A stretch of DNA of 64,000 nt from a virus, in IMG/VR virus record IMGVR_UViG_3300027801_001565; one strand, 5' to 3'. Made by a program: the position numbers and the translations under genes. The notes under the pieces were generated by a model, which was not told the origin of the DNA, searched no databases, and was given only the letters and a program-made list of their open reading frames with translations. This document shows, piece after piece, positions 47,561-58,078 of the stretch (positions are counted from its first letter, which is position 1; every line of letters starts with the position of its first letter).

Positions 47561-49147
47561 TTAAAACCTAATCAGTGCCTTTATTTGTTCCACTTGTTCC
47601 GCAGATCTTAAAATTGGTGATCTGTTGTCTAAGTATATTACTTCGCCGGTTGCATTATCTACTTCCGGTGCTGTTAATGTATTTATACTCAGATCAGCCA
47701 AGTTCTGTGTAGTATTTGTTAATACTGAATTGACTGTTATTACGGGGTTTGTGGAGGTTAAATATATGTTTGTTCCTACTATTTGAATGACTTGAAAATT
47801 ACCGCCATCATCACTAGTCAACAAATCATCTATTGCATAACTTGAAGCACTAGGTACTCCAATAATATGGCATGTTGTTGCTGTGTTTGTTATATATGTA
47901 ACTCCTGCTGGAGTTTTCATATTCTTAATTAATGCTATTTGTCTGAAGTCATTACCTAAAACTAAATCGTTGTTTGTATTGTCATCAAAAGATACTGTAA
48001 TACCTATACTACTAGCAAATAATTCTCTTACTGGATTAGAACCATGTCCACCTTGAGGTGATACTATAGCTCTTGCAGCTCCAAGTTGTCCAGGTGAATC
48101 TGGTGCTGTGTTTGTAATAGTTATCGTAGCGTATGAGTATCCCGAACCAGGATTAGTAACTCTAATACCTGTAAGTGCTCCTGTTGCTGCGTTAACATAT
48201 GATGAACACTCTGCGCCGGTGCCATCTCCTGACACGCTAATTTGAACATCGTTAGCTGCGTAATCTTTACCAGGTGCTGTAATTACAACTCTATCTAATG
48301 TGCCTTTAACTGAAGCACCCTCGACTGCACTCTGTAGTGCTGGAAGTGCGTCTGCATCTCCTAAGTTAACTGTGCCTGTTCCGCCGGCACCACCGCCACC
48401 TGTAAATGCTACAAAGGCAAAACTATAACCACTACCTGAAGAGTTTACTGTAACTCCTGTAATGGCGCCGCCTGTTAGCGTTGCTGTGCCTGAGAAAGTA
48501 CCATCACCATCTCCTGATACAACTACTGTTGGCGAGCTTGTATAACCCGAGCCGCCGGCTGTAATTGAGATGCTATCTATTTCCCCGTTAACATCATGGG
48601 TTGGACTGCCTGTTAATTTTCTAACAGGTATGTAGTCTGCGTCTAAAAACTTTGTTTGATCTGAAGCAGATATCTGAAACATAAATTTCCAGTTATAATT
48701 ATCTGCGAGTTCAAATACCGATGTACCAGTACTAGATGGTTTTACCGTTGAAGGACCATTACTGTTGTTACTAATACATTTATAAACTTTATATTCATCT
48801 GTCATAATGAAAAATTTTGCATCTGCTAAACTAGAGGCCCCGGTATATGATTGAGATGAAGAAGTATAATTATCATCATACTCATCATATACCGTGCCTG
48901 AAGTCCAGTCATATCGTTTTGCCAATAGGCAAACGTCTGCTGAGTCAATTCTTTGGGTGAACATCATACCACGACGATATGTTGATATATATTTATCTGA
49001 ATCAATAGGAGTTTCAGGTGACGTTTCATCGTCCCAAGAATTTGTCCTACCTACTGCAAAATGGAAATAGTCATTGTTGTTTCTTATATCTCTATAAAAA
49101 GAACGTGCTAGTTCTACTCTACCTAATCGTCGTAATACAAGTGCCAT
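47561..49147 (-). CDS. gp8: Baseplate wedge subunit
   Basis: RYDWTSGTVYD.Y, YKVYKCI.N, WKFM, GGHG.NP.REL, NDFRQI and Y.DNR motifs. Confidence 0.88.
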   Translation of the reverse strand: MALVLRRLGRVELARSFYRDIRNNNDYFHFAVGRTNSWDDETSPETPIDSDKYISTYRRGMMFTQRIDSADVCLLAKRYDWTSGTVYDEYDDNYTSSSQSYTGASSLADAKFFIMTDEYKVYKCISNNSNGPSTVKPSSTGTSVFELADNYNWKFMFQISASDQTKFLDADYIPVRKLTGSPTHDVNGEIDSISITAGGSGYTSSPTVVVSGDGDGTFSGTATLTGGAITGVTVNSSGSGYSFAFVAFTGGGGAGGTGTVNLGDADALPALQSAVEGASVKGTLDRVVITAPGKDYAANDVQISVSGDGTGAECSSYVNAATGALTGIRVTNPGSGYSYATITITNTAPDSPGQLGAARAIVSPQGGHGSNPVRELFASSIGITVSFDDNTNNDLVLGNDFRQIALIKNMKTPAGVTYITNTATTCHIIGVPSASSYAIDDLLTSDDGGNFQVIQIVGTNIYLTSTNPVITVNSVLTNTTQNLADLSINTLTAPEVDNATGEVIYLDNRSPILRSAEQVEQIKALIRF

Positions 49148-49158
49148 TTATATCCCTA

Positions 49159-49602
49159 TTAAGATATTGTTACTGTCCAAGTAATTGTCATTGAATCCGT
49201 TACTGCTTTGTTAACAACGGAAAAAACGGTTCTACATAACAACACACCACTAGAAGAGGCATTCAAAATACCTGCTTCTGTAACTGCGCCAGTGCCTGTG
49301 CCTGCTGCAAAACTAGCAACATAAGCAACTGCGTTAGCTGTAACTGTTGTTGATGTTAATGCAACTCTTGCTGCTTCTGTTCCTAATGTAGTGTCGCCAG
49401 CTGCTGCTGCTACTGCACCAGTACCAATGCCCATATGGCTCATTGCTGTTGCTGTTGCGTCTTTCATTCTTCCCGCTATATATGCTAGTCCAGTATCAAC
49501 CACTAAGTTATTAACTTCTCTGTGATCGATTACTTTACCTGCTTCGTTTTTAATTTCAATAGTAAGCTTACCTGTAGCTTTACTTACGTCTTCTTTAAAC
49601 AT
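49159..49602 (-). CDS. Virion structural protein (baseplate/fibre attachment-like)
   Basis: NLVV.TG, GIGTG, TEAG..N and TITWT motifs. Confidence 0.6.
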   Translation of the reverse strand: MFKEDVSKATGKLTIEIKNEAGKVIDHREVNNLVVDTGLAYIAGRMKDATATAMSHMGIGTGAVAAAAGDTTLGTEAARVALTSTTVTANAVAYVASFAAGTGTGAVTEAGILNASSSGVLLCRTVFSVVNKAVTDSMTITWTVTIS

Positions 49603-49632
49603 GTTAATCTCCTAAATCTATTATGTTTTTAT

Positions 49633-52176
49633 TTATGTAAACGTCCAACTAGTTCCAACAAGGTCCCCCGCTATATACGATGGATCCAAGTAGTCTTGGC
49701 TTACACCAAGTCCTGCGTCTGAAGTTGTTCCACTATCTACCACTGAGGGTAGGGTTAGTGCTTTAACAAAATGCTCTGTTGTCGCCGGTGTTTCTGTTAT
49801 TCCTTTACTTGTATTTATACTACCAAGAGTATCAGTTGCTCCCAGTGCTTCATTTATATTCTTACCAAAAGATATAATTTCTGAAGTTGTCGCTGTAGCT
49901 GTGGTATCAAATGCACCACTGTCAAATAGGCCTGATAGTATGATTGTTTTGGTGTAAGTTAAAGCATCGCTTACACTTACTCCGTCTTCTATTATCGGCC
50001 AGTACCCGAAGGCCATGCTGTCCGATGTAGTTGCTATGCTAGATAATACCTTACTATATTGTAACGTAAAGTTGTTATCTGTTGTAGCTGCTGTTTCTGA
50101 TAGAGCTTTAGCCATGCTCCAGAAAAATGCTGGGTTACCTCTATTATAATCATCTTCAAAATTACTATCTGATGAATCGTTCCAATAGCCTGTTAAGACA
50201 TATGGTGAGGAGTCTGTATCAGCGGCTACTGCCACTGAGGTGAACGCTCCAGGTGCAACGTGTTTTGCTATCGTTTCACTTGATGTTGCTGCGTCTGTAT
50301 ATGATGATGTAAATATAAACCCAAGAACGTCTGATGTTGTTGCTTGGTCTGTAGACTTGAATACATAATACAATGTGCCTGCCGTCGTAACAGTAAATTC
50401 TACATTAAAATCAACATAACTTTTTACTATTAAATCACCAAACACCTGCATCCCAGCTGGGTGAACGGCATTTTTAAGTGGTCGTTCCCAGGTTGTTTTT
50501 TCAATTCCTGATTTAATAACATAAGAAAATGGTTGGTATCTTTTATTATCTTGTAATACATTTACATCTGATAATTTACCTTGATCGTTTTTCCACTTAC
50601 CCTCATACTCGAATAGATATCCTGTAGTAAGTGTTATGGTTGCTACTTCACCTGCAGGAGATGTTATATTAATATCTACTGATGCTTTGGTGAATGTTGA
50701 ACCTGGGTTAATAACTGCAAAAGTACTCGGTAGTCCTGCTGTAGTTATTGATGTTACTCGTATATAGGCATCATTAGATCCGCCTATGAAGGTGTAATCA
50801 TCATCAAAATATCCATTAACAGCATATGATTTACCGTCATCGCCTGCTTCGTTAATTGCAAATATTTGTCCTATCTTAAATCCTGCGTTAATTTCTGAGC
50901 CTGAATAACTTTTATATGCTACACCTGTAAGTACTCTAACAACATAACCATATATGTCTGATTCGTTATTTGCCGCTCCGTCATCTACAACATATGTTTT
51001 TACGTCATCAATATCAAATTCAATGTTTGGGGCTGCTGAGTAACCAGTTCCTGCATTATCTATTACAATGCTTGTAAGTTTGCCACCTGAAACTAGAGCG
51101 TGTGCTGTAGCTCCTGTGCCTGCGTCGCCGGCTGCTGGAAAAATTTCTATTACCGGGGCACTATTATATCCACCGCCTTGATTGGTTACGGTTATAGCTG
51201 TTAAACTACCACTCGAAACTGTTGATGTTGCAACTGCTCCTGCACCTGGGCCCTCGACTTCTAGTGTACTAGGATCATCGAACGCACATATTAACTCGTA
51301 ACGTTGTAACGTTAGGCCGTTTGTTTGGTATGTATTCTTTTCAACTCTGGTTACACTAGCGTTTAGAGTTTTAGTTACTGTAACAGTACCTGTGGTTTCC
51401 TTAAATCTAATGTCAATCTTTTTACCTTCCAAGTCCAAAGGTTCTAAACTGCCACCGCCGTGTTCTGATTCTTGTATCTTAATTGCTCGTTCAACACTAT
51501 AGATACCGTCTGATGGTTTTAATGTATACTGATATGGATATATAATATCCACGTTCTCATCATACATAACTCTAAAGAATGTTTCTATTGATCGTTTACT
51601 ACCTTTAGACTCATAAAAATCTTTGGCTCTTTTATAAAATAAAGATCTATCTACTTTTAAAAGCTTAGGAAAGTCTGATGTTAGTGCTCCCCTCCATTTA
51701 TCTAAAAACTCTTCTGAAGCTAAATCTATGTCTTGTGTATGATTGTGTATTTTACTTGATGGACTGGTTACTTCGTCCATAAACTGATAATATTTTTCTA
51801 TGAACGTAGCAAATAACGGGTACTCATTTTGTACAATTTCAGGTAGTTGGTCTTTCTTAAGATAAAATGTATTGTTATCTTCTACTGCCACCGAGTCGTT
51901 TGCTGCGTCTAATATAGCCGATGCTGTTGCACCTGTTGCTGTAGTGTCTAAAGCATTAGGAGTTATTACAATAGTCGGAGTGGAAGTAAATCCAGTACCT
52001 TTATTTGTTATAACATAACTTGTTACCGCACCACTAAATGTAGTAGCCGTTGCTGTAGCACCTGTACCACCGCCGCCAGTTATTGAAATTGTTGGGGTGT
52101 TATTATATCCAGTTCCACCTGCGGTAACTGTTATAGACTTAACGAATCTATAAAATGAAGGGATATAATCTGCCAT
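49633..52176 (-). CDS. gp7: Baseplate wedge initiator (gp7-like)
   Basis: F..FIE.YY.FM, KDFY.SKGS..S...FFR, QD..YQ.FSYVIKS and HPAG..VFG motifs; follows gp6. Confidence 0.75.
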   Translation of the reverse strand: MADYIPSFYRFVKSITVTAGGTGYNNTPTISITGGGGTGATATATTFSGAVTSYVITNKGTGFTSTPTIVITPNALDTTATGATASAILDAANDSVAVEDNNTFYLKKDQLPEIVQNEYPLFATFIEKYYQFMDEVTSPSSKIHNHTQDIDLASEEFLDKWRGALTSDFPKLLKVDRSLFYKRAKDFYESKGSKRSIETFFRVMYDENVDIIYPYQYTLKPSDGIYSVERAIKIQESEHGGGSLEPLDLEGKKIDIRFKETTGTVTVTKTLNASVTRVEKNTYQTNGLTLQRYELICAFDDPSTLEVEGPGAGAVATSTVSSGSLTAITVTNQGGGYNSAPVIEIFPAAGDAGTGATAHALVSGGKLTSIVIDNAGTGYSAAPNIEFDIDDVKTYVVDDGAANNESDIYGYVVRVLTGVAYKSYSGSEINAGFKIGQIFAINEAGDDGKSYAVNGYFDDDYTFIGGSNDAYIRVTSITTAGLPSTFAVINPGSTFTKASVDINITSPAGEVATITLTTGYLFEYEGKWKNDQGKLSDVNVLQDNKRYQPFSYVIKSGIEKTTWERPLKNAVHPAGMQVFGDLIVKSYVDFNVEFTVTTAGTLYYVFKSTDQATTSDVLGFIFTSSYTDAATSSETIAKHVAPGAFTSVAVAADTDSSPYVLTGYWNDSSDSNFEDDYNRGNPAFFWSMAKALSETAATTDNNFTLQYSKVLSSIATTSDSMAFGYWPIIEDGVSVSDALTYTKTIILSGLFDSGAFDTTATATTSEIISFGKNINEALGATDTLGSINTSKGITETPATTEHFVKALTLPSVVDSGTTSDAGLGVSQDYLDPSYIAGDLVGTSWTFT

Positions 52177-54080
52177 TAGATTTCTTCAACATCCTGAGTT
52201 GCTGTTATTGCCACACCTATGTCTGTATTAATAAGTGATGAAGTCTTACTATCATCTAATATAAGAACTGTATTTCTAGATGGTTTTGCTACAACTGCTG
52301 CTGTAGATGTATCCGATGTTCTTATTAGAGCTTGTGTTGTTATATCCTTAATTGAATCATGAGGAGTAACGGTTATTCTTAAATGTGTTTCTGTTCCGTA
52401 AAGACTTGCCATTGTCATAGACGGTAAGGTTACTGTACCTGAATCGTAATCAATTGTTCCTATAGCTGATACAATATTACCCTCTGTATTAATTGCGTTT
52501 ACTATACCTGTACCGGAATAAGTTGGAGCAATAACTGTTGCTGCTGGTGTATCAGATAAGTATACTTTGTGTATAACGTTGTTAACTGTTATATTAAAGT
52601 AGCTACTCTTAAGTTCCCTTGGTTGTAATTTCTGATTAAACTTTGCTTCGTATAAGTAAGGGCTATTTAATTTCGGCTTGATTCTTTTTTGTAATCCTAA
52701 TTGTATATTAATTGAAATTATAGAATCTGATACAGCTTTTATTCCATCGTGGAGTTTAGTGTAATAGAAACTCTTATTTAATTTGTTTAGACTTGTATTA
52801 AAATAATTGTTTACTGATGTTTTAGCAGCTACTTCCATTTCACCTTTTGTGAGTACGGTAATTTTAGGATCGTATGTAACGCCAATTCCAAGTTTAATAT
52901 ATGTGTACTCAGGATCAACGAACGTTGGCATAATTGCTATCGGTGTTTTAGGATCGATAATGGTAGATTTTATATTCTCTTTATCTTGCTCTGTAATAAT
53001 TTGTCCTGCCACAGGATTTAACGAGATGAAAACTCTACCATACATTGGGGGATCGTTCTTTTCGCCACCCCATACTGCACATGATTGTATGTTTGAGTTA
53101 CTTGATAAGATTAGTGTTTTATAATCTTGCTCTGTTACTGCCCTGTCTCTTGTAGCATTAAACCTTGGCGCGTTGTGTCTGATCTCATCAATTTTTTCTG
53201 ATGTGTTACCACCCGATGAGTTACTAACTGTTGTTATGGATACGGTTTCACCGGCAACTGCTATTCTACTATTTGCTGAAAACGTCTTAGCGTTATTAGC
53301 CCCTGGGCCGGATGCTACAATATAATCTATAAGTATTAAATTTCCTGCGTCTAGTTTTTTACCTATAACACCGTCGCCGAATCTTAATTGAGATAGTGCG
53401 TCTATTCCTTCCTCTACCCAATATATTTTAGAATCATTTTTAACATCTAATATCTTGTCAGATTTTAACCATGTGGAAACTGTAAGATCTGATAATGACT
53501 CTTGTACCATTGCTCGTATAGTAGTCGTGTCTACTTTTGAGTTAGGAATAACATATGGTCCTTGAGGTTTTGCTGATGATACTGAAAACTTATTAGATAC
53601 CCTCGTCCCTTCTCGTATAAGTAGGTTATTCCAAACGAATTGTGTGTTACTACCTGACACCGATGCGTTAACTGTAACGTCTTCAACTGGTTGGAACGAA
53701 TAAGATTTACCATCTACTGATGCTCCAAAAGATGCGTTTCTAGATAGTGTAACTGATGTGCCATTGAATGATGCAGGAACTGTAACAACTAAATTAATTG
53801 TTGCTGTTGATCCTAAATAAGATCTAGGTGTGTATCCTAATGACTTAGCAATTGATACAACAGACTCTCTTTTAATAGCCGTGTCAATAAAACTTTCGTT
53901 TGTTAACATGTGCGCCAACATACCATTGTAATGGGTGTTGTACGCTAACAAATCTATAAGCACTGACATGCCAGACCCTTCAAAATTATAATCTTGAAAC
54001 TCTGTTTGAGCGCTTAGAAATGTTTTTAAATTTGTTTTTATTTGATCAAAATCTAATTCTGATACGTTTAATTGTGCCAT
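52176..54080 (-). CDS. gp6: Baseplate wedge subunit
   Basis: LDFDQIK.NLK.FL, DYNFEGS, LAYNTHY, RAVT..DY and WGGE.N.PP.YG motifs. Confidence 0.95.
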   Translation of the reverse strand: MAQLNVSELDFDQIKTNLKTFLSAQTEFQDYNFEGSGMSVLIDLLAYNTHYNGMLAHMLTNESFIDTAIKRESVVSIAKSLGYTPRSYLGSTATINLVVTVPASFNGTSVTLSRNASFGASVDGKSYSFQPVEDVTVNASVSGSNTQFVWNNLLIREGTRVSNKFSVSSAKPQGPYVIPNSKVDTTTIRAMVQESLSDLTVSTWLKSDKILDVKNDSKIYWVEEGIDALSQLRFGDGVIGKKLDAGNLILIDYIVASGPGANNAKTFSANSRIAVAGETVSITTVSNSSGGNTSEKIDEIRHNAPRFNATRDRAVTEQDYKTLILSSNSNIQSCAVWGGEKNDPPMYGRVFISLNPVAGQIITEQDKENIKSTIIDPKTPIAIMPTFVDPEYTYIKLGIGVTYDPKITVLTKGEMEVAAKTSVNNYFNTSLNKLNKSFYYTKLHDGIKAVSDSIISINIQLGLQKRIKPKLNSPYLYEAKFNQKLQPRELKSSYFNITVNNVIHKVYLSDTPAATVIAPTYSGTGIVNAINTEGNIVSAIGTIDYDSGTVTLPSMTMASLYGTETHLRITVTPHDSIKDITTQALIRTSDTSTAAVVAKPSRNTVLILDDSKTSSLINTDIGVAITATQDVEEI

Positions 54081-54087
54081 AGTTCCT

Positions 54088-54492
54088 TTACCTTAACCTA
54101 GATAATGTTAGTGTTAGTATTGCTGGTTCAGGTACACCGACAATTTTAAAATAGATACTTACTTCATAAACCTGTAAATCATAATTTGATGTAACAACTA
54201 CGTCTTCAAGTTCTACTCTAGGTTCAAAGTTTTCTATTGTGTTATATATTCTTTTCTTAATAAGACCCGGTGTAAAAGCATCCATTGGTTCAAACAATGA
54301 CTTATGAATATCAGAGCCTATCTCTGGGTGAAACGGCCTTTCATAAGGCATAGTAGACAACAATATTTTTATTGATTGCTTTACTGAATTGACGTCTATC
54401 TTTTTATCTATATCATCCGAGAAGAAGTTCTTGCCAAATGCAAGGTCTAAATCTGTGTATAGTCTCGATACTTTTCTTTTAACTAGTGCCAT
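54088..54492 (-). CDS. gp25: Baseplate wedge subunit
   Basis: Y.DLDL.F, ERPF.P..GS and FEPRV motifs; late promoter at 54498-54505. Confidence 0.93.
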   Translation of the reverse strand: MALVKRKVSRLYTDLDLAFGKNFFSDDIDKKIDVNSVKQSIKILLSTMPYERPFHPEIGSDIHKSLFEPMDAFTPGLIKKRIYNTIENFEPRVELEDVVVTSNYDLQVYEVSIYFKIVGVPEPAILTLTLSRLR

Positions 54493-54506
54493 ATTAGTAT
54501 TTATAC

Positions 54507-55109
54507 TTAGAAATCAAAGGTTGGTAGCTCGACGTCTAAAAAATCTGCTCCTTGTTTTTTGGCGCCGGCAGCAATGTCTATAGTTATCTTTGGTTTAGAC
54601 ATAGGTGGTAACGGTACACCCTTTAAAAGTGATACAGGGTCTATGTCTGGAAACGAAGTTGGTGTTCCTTTAACAGTAACATTTATGCCATCAGTATCTA
54701 AATTTGGAACTAGTTTACATATATCATCTAAGTCCATTGCTCCCATTCTAAGTTTGTCTGCCAGGTTATCTATGTTTATATTTGAACCTAACCCTCCCCA
54801 CTTCTTTTTCATTTGATCTATTTTAATTTTCATAAGGGGTGCTGCTAAAGCACCTAGAGCTACGAACGCTGCTACTTCTTTCATCTCATCTTGTAATGTT
54901 TTTAAATGATCTGGGATCTCAGGTAACTTAATACTAGGCACCATTGCTTCTAACTTACCCATTACGCCGTTGGCTGCGTCAGCTGCCATTGATTCTAGAT
55001 CGCCTAGTTTACCTAGTGGTGATTCGTTAACTAAAGACTCAGCCTTTTCGGTGAGCGCGTCTACTGAATCTGCTAATCCTTTTAATGCTTCACTTGGTCC
55101 ACAACTCAT
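54507..55109 (-). CDS. Hypothetical protein downstream of gp5
   Basis: 200 aa helical ORF with AGGAG RBS. Confidence 0.65.
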   Translation of the reverse strand: MSCGPSEALKGLADSVDALTEKAESLVNESPLGKLGDLESMAADAANGVMGKLEAMVPSIKLPEIPDHLKTLQDEMKEVAAFVALGALAAPLMKIKIDQMKKKWGGLGSNINIDNLADKLRMGAMDLDDICKLVPNLDTDGINVTVKGTPTSFPDIDPVSLLKGVPLPPMSKPKITIDIAAGAKKQGADFLDVELPTFDF

Positions 55110-55118
55110 TTCTTACTC

Positions 55119-56678
55119 CTAGTTAGGTGCACTTGTAGTGCCTGCTGATGTACCTGCTGTATCAGTATGTGTATGTCCTTTGCCGGATATACCTGCTGAA
55201 TCATGATCTACATCTGCGGTACTTGTTCCTGTTATATTAACATCGCCTGTTACATCTACTGTATTGTTTATGTCAGTATTAGCGGCTGTTGTTGATTGTT
55301 GTCCTGTTATAGTCTCAGTCATGTCTGCTTCTGTTGTAATAAGCATATTTCCTTTAGAACCAATTTCCATTATCTTACCTGTAGCAATAGCCATATTGCC
55401 GCCAGATACAGATTGAAGTGCGCCGCCTGTCATCTGTAAACGGTTCTTTGTAATAGTAGTGTTATGGCTTGCACCAAATGTCTCAACCACGTTGCCACTA
55501 ACCACTTCTGTTTTTTGTTTAGCGACTGTTTCTGATTGTTTACCTACTATGTCCTGCGTATCATCCAGGGCTACACGGACAGTTCTGTTCCCTTTAATAG
55601 TCTCAGTGACGTCACTAACGACTGATTTGATGTCATTGCCGTTGATTTTTGTAACTCTGTCACCTAGTATAGATAAAAAGTAATCGCCCTCTACTTCCTC
55701 ATATTTATCGCCTTGGACCAAAACTTTAGCATCTCCTACTATTGTTATGTTACATGAACCTCTTATAAGAACGTCTTTGTCGCCTGCTATAATTTCATAG
55801 TCAGATCCTTTAATTTTATTGACCCGGGTTCCATCAGATTGTATTTCGGTATAGTTTCCAATTGGGTGATATTCTGATATTCTTTCGTTACCACTTGTGC
55901 TGTCAACCTCAAATACGTGGCCTGCTTCTGTTTCTTTAACTTGATTAAAAGGATATTGAGATGTATATGTACCTGGTTCGGGTGGCTGTCCTGTCCCGCC
56001 TGCTTTTAAATCTGTTAATGGGTTGAAGTACTTTGGTGTTTCGTGTCCTCTCGCATGAGGTTCGTCCCAAGTTTTACCTTCATAATCCTTACCTTCTTTG
56101 TCATCTAGTACACCATCACCTGTTGCTGCTGATACTGATGGTGCTTTAGCTGTTCTAACTTCTGTTGTTCTTTCTTCTCTTTTGTTAAGTAACGAATAGT
56201 GTGTCTCTGCTGATTCGTTCCTAGCTAAACGAGATAAATCAGATTCGCCAACTCCACTGAACCCTTCAGGTATATCAGAGCCATCCATTCCTCTAGGCCA
56301 ATTTTTTCCTGGATCGTTAAACCCATCCTCTCCTGGCATTTCATCGGTTGGGGCAGAAGGTTTTCCTGCAATTGATCCTATGATTACTGGCATCTGGCCT
56401 TCTTCGCCGTCTGCGAAAAATCCAACTACTGTTGACCCTGGTAATAAATTAGGAGTTTCCATAACACCAGATGTACTAGCGCTTGTAGGAGAGTTTATAA
56501 CTGTTGCAAATGGTAGATCTTTTGTTGGTAGTGTATTTGTATTACCTGAGTGGTAGCCCATTATCCGTACTCTATATCTACCTGCCTCTGCTACATCTAG
56601 CCTTGATTCAATAACTCCTATCCACCAAATCCAATCAGGTAGGTCTAGTTTTTTATTATTTTTTAATTTATTTGCCAT
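55119..56678 (-). CDS. gp5: Baseplate central spike (OB-fold plus beta-helix, no lysozyme domain)
   Basis: WWIGV.E, GR.RVR..GYH, VGFF.DG, YPFN.V.ET..GH..E.D motifs; beta-helix repeats; C-terminal HTH. Confidence 0.88.
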   Translation of the reverse strand: MANKLKNNKKLDLPDWIWWIGVIESRLDVAEAGRYRVRIMGYHSGNTNTLPTKDLPFATVINSPTSASTSGVMETPNLLPGSTVVGFFADGEEGQMPVIIGSIAGKPSAPTDEMPGEDGFNDPGKNWPRGMDGSDIPEGFSGVGESDLSRLARNESAETHYSLLNKREERTTEVRTAKAPSVSAATGDGVLDDKEGKDYEGKTWDEPHARGHETPKYFNPLTDLKAGGTGQPPEPGTYTSQYPFNQVKETEAGHVFEVDSTSGNERISEYHPIGNYTEIQSDGTRVNKIKGSDYEIIAGDKDVLIRGSCNITIVGDAKVLVQGDKYEEVEGDYFLSILGDRVTKINGNDIKSVVSDVTETIKGNRTVRVALDDTQDIVGKQSETVAKQKTEVVSGNVVETFGASHNTTITKNRLQMTGGALQSVSGGNMAIATGKIMEIGSKGNMLITTEADMTETITGQQSTTAANTDINNTVDVTGDVNITGTSTADVDHDSAGISGKGHTHTDTAGTSAGTTSAPN

Positions 56679-58069
56679 TATATATCCTCTAAGACTCCAT
56701 CATCTGCTGGGCCGGCATGTATAGCCAGTCCGTTTTTAACTACTTCCATTATCATTACATGGGTTTCCAAAGTAATTACATGCTTAATAGCTGTTATTAG
56801 AAACTTACCTGAAATTAATTTATCGTGTATTTCGTCTGCCGTAGTATCTGCAGACTTATCTCCTGTAGCCGGAAACTTAATAACTATTAAGTTGCCAACA
56901 GCTATATCTGTTCTACCTGGCACCGTTATTTCAAACGTGTAATCTTTGAATGAATTTAAATAATTGTCTCTGTACAAGGTATTATATACCACTGCTTCGT
57001 TTGTAGACTTTGCTTTACCACCTGGTATAGACATTGGCTTTACATAAGCAAAACTGTTTAATATCTTCACTGATGTCCTTGACATAGGGTGACGTTGTAT
57101 GCCTGCTGGTATTGGAATTCCAGGATCGGTGTGGACAAAGTCTCCAAAAGAGTCTCTTATATCTATATACGCTTCAACTCTTTCTTTTGTAAATAAATCA
57201 TATGCTCTTGCCGCTTGTGAATAATAACCTGATTGTTGGCCGTCTAAAATATCTATTGTTCTAGGCAGCTTAATGTCTGAAATCTGTGTAAACTTTGGAT
57301 CTAAATCAGCGCCTGCAAAATTATATTCTACCGATCGAGTTGTTGGTGATGTTATACCAGGAGCATCGTATCTGTATTGATCGAATATAGCGTCTTCCTG
57401 TTTCTTAATAAGGTTTTGTATTGATGTAAAGAAAAAGTTTTTATTACTTTCAAAAAATACATAATCAGAACCTCGAAACTCTGCCCCGTTGCAATACTTT
57501 GCAATGTAGTTTAGATTTTGAATAGGTGTCCAAAAATTAGATATGTAGTTTATCTCAGATGAGTGTGGTGTGTCGCCGATAATTAAATCTGAAAACTTTT
57601 TCCCAGTAAGGACACGTTTCTCTTTCATGTAGTCGATATATATGTCGTTAACCATATCGTGTGTGTAACCAGTAAATCTTTGAGATAAAGGTTTAGAAGC
57701 ATCTGTTGTTCCTTCTAGCGACATAAAGTGAAGTACATACCTTTGCTCTCTGTCATTGAGAACTGATCTATCTGTTATAGCATATACTTGGAAACATTTT
57801 TCAATTATATTATCTGGATCGTCATCAAATATAGGTGAGCGAAATTTTATTGTTATTACTTCACCACCGATAATTGGAAAATTACCTATTGCGTTTGTGG
57901 CGTCTGCCATAAATATATCACCCGACATTACCTGCCCAAACATATCTTCCACTAAACGAAACTCAATCATATATGATTGTAGGTCGTAAGTCACATTATC
58001 ATTACTAGTAATATCAATACGTTCTATTACTATATCGCCTGCTTTATTAGATTCACTAACCTCAGTCAT
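56678..58069 (-). CDS. Baseplate hub protein (gp27-like)
   Basis: ED.F...SG....DA....PI.G.E, FFE...F.F.S, VPG...VG and SGK.LITAI.H motifs; lies between gp53 and gp5. Confidence 0.65.
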   Translation of the reverse strand: MTEVSESNKAGDIVIERIDITSNDNVTYDLQSYMIEFRLVEDMFGQVMSGDIFMADATNAIGNFPIIGGEVITIKFRSPIFDDDPDNIIEKCFQVYAITDRSVLNDREQRYVLHFMSLEGTTDASKPLSQRFTGYTHDMVNDIYIDYMKEKRVLTGKKFSDLIIGDTPHSSEINYISNFWTPIQNLNYIAKYCNGAEFRGSDYVFFESNKNFFFTSIQNLIKKQEDAIFDQYRYDAPGITSPTTRSVEYNFAGADLDPKFTQISDIKLPRTIDILDGQQSGYYSQAARAYDLFTKERVEAYIDIRDSFGDFVHTDPGIPIPAGIQRHPMSRTSVKILNSFAYVKPMSIPGGKAKSTNEAVVYNTLYRDNYLNSFKDYTFEITVPGRTDIAVGNLIVIKFPATGDKSADTTADEIHDKLISGKFLITAIKHVITLETHVMIMEVVKNGLAIHAGPADDGVLEDI

Positions 58070-58078
58070 ATTTTAAAC

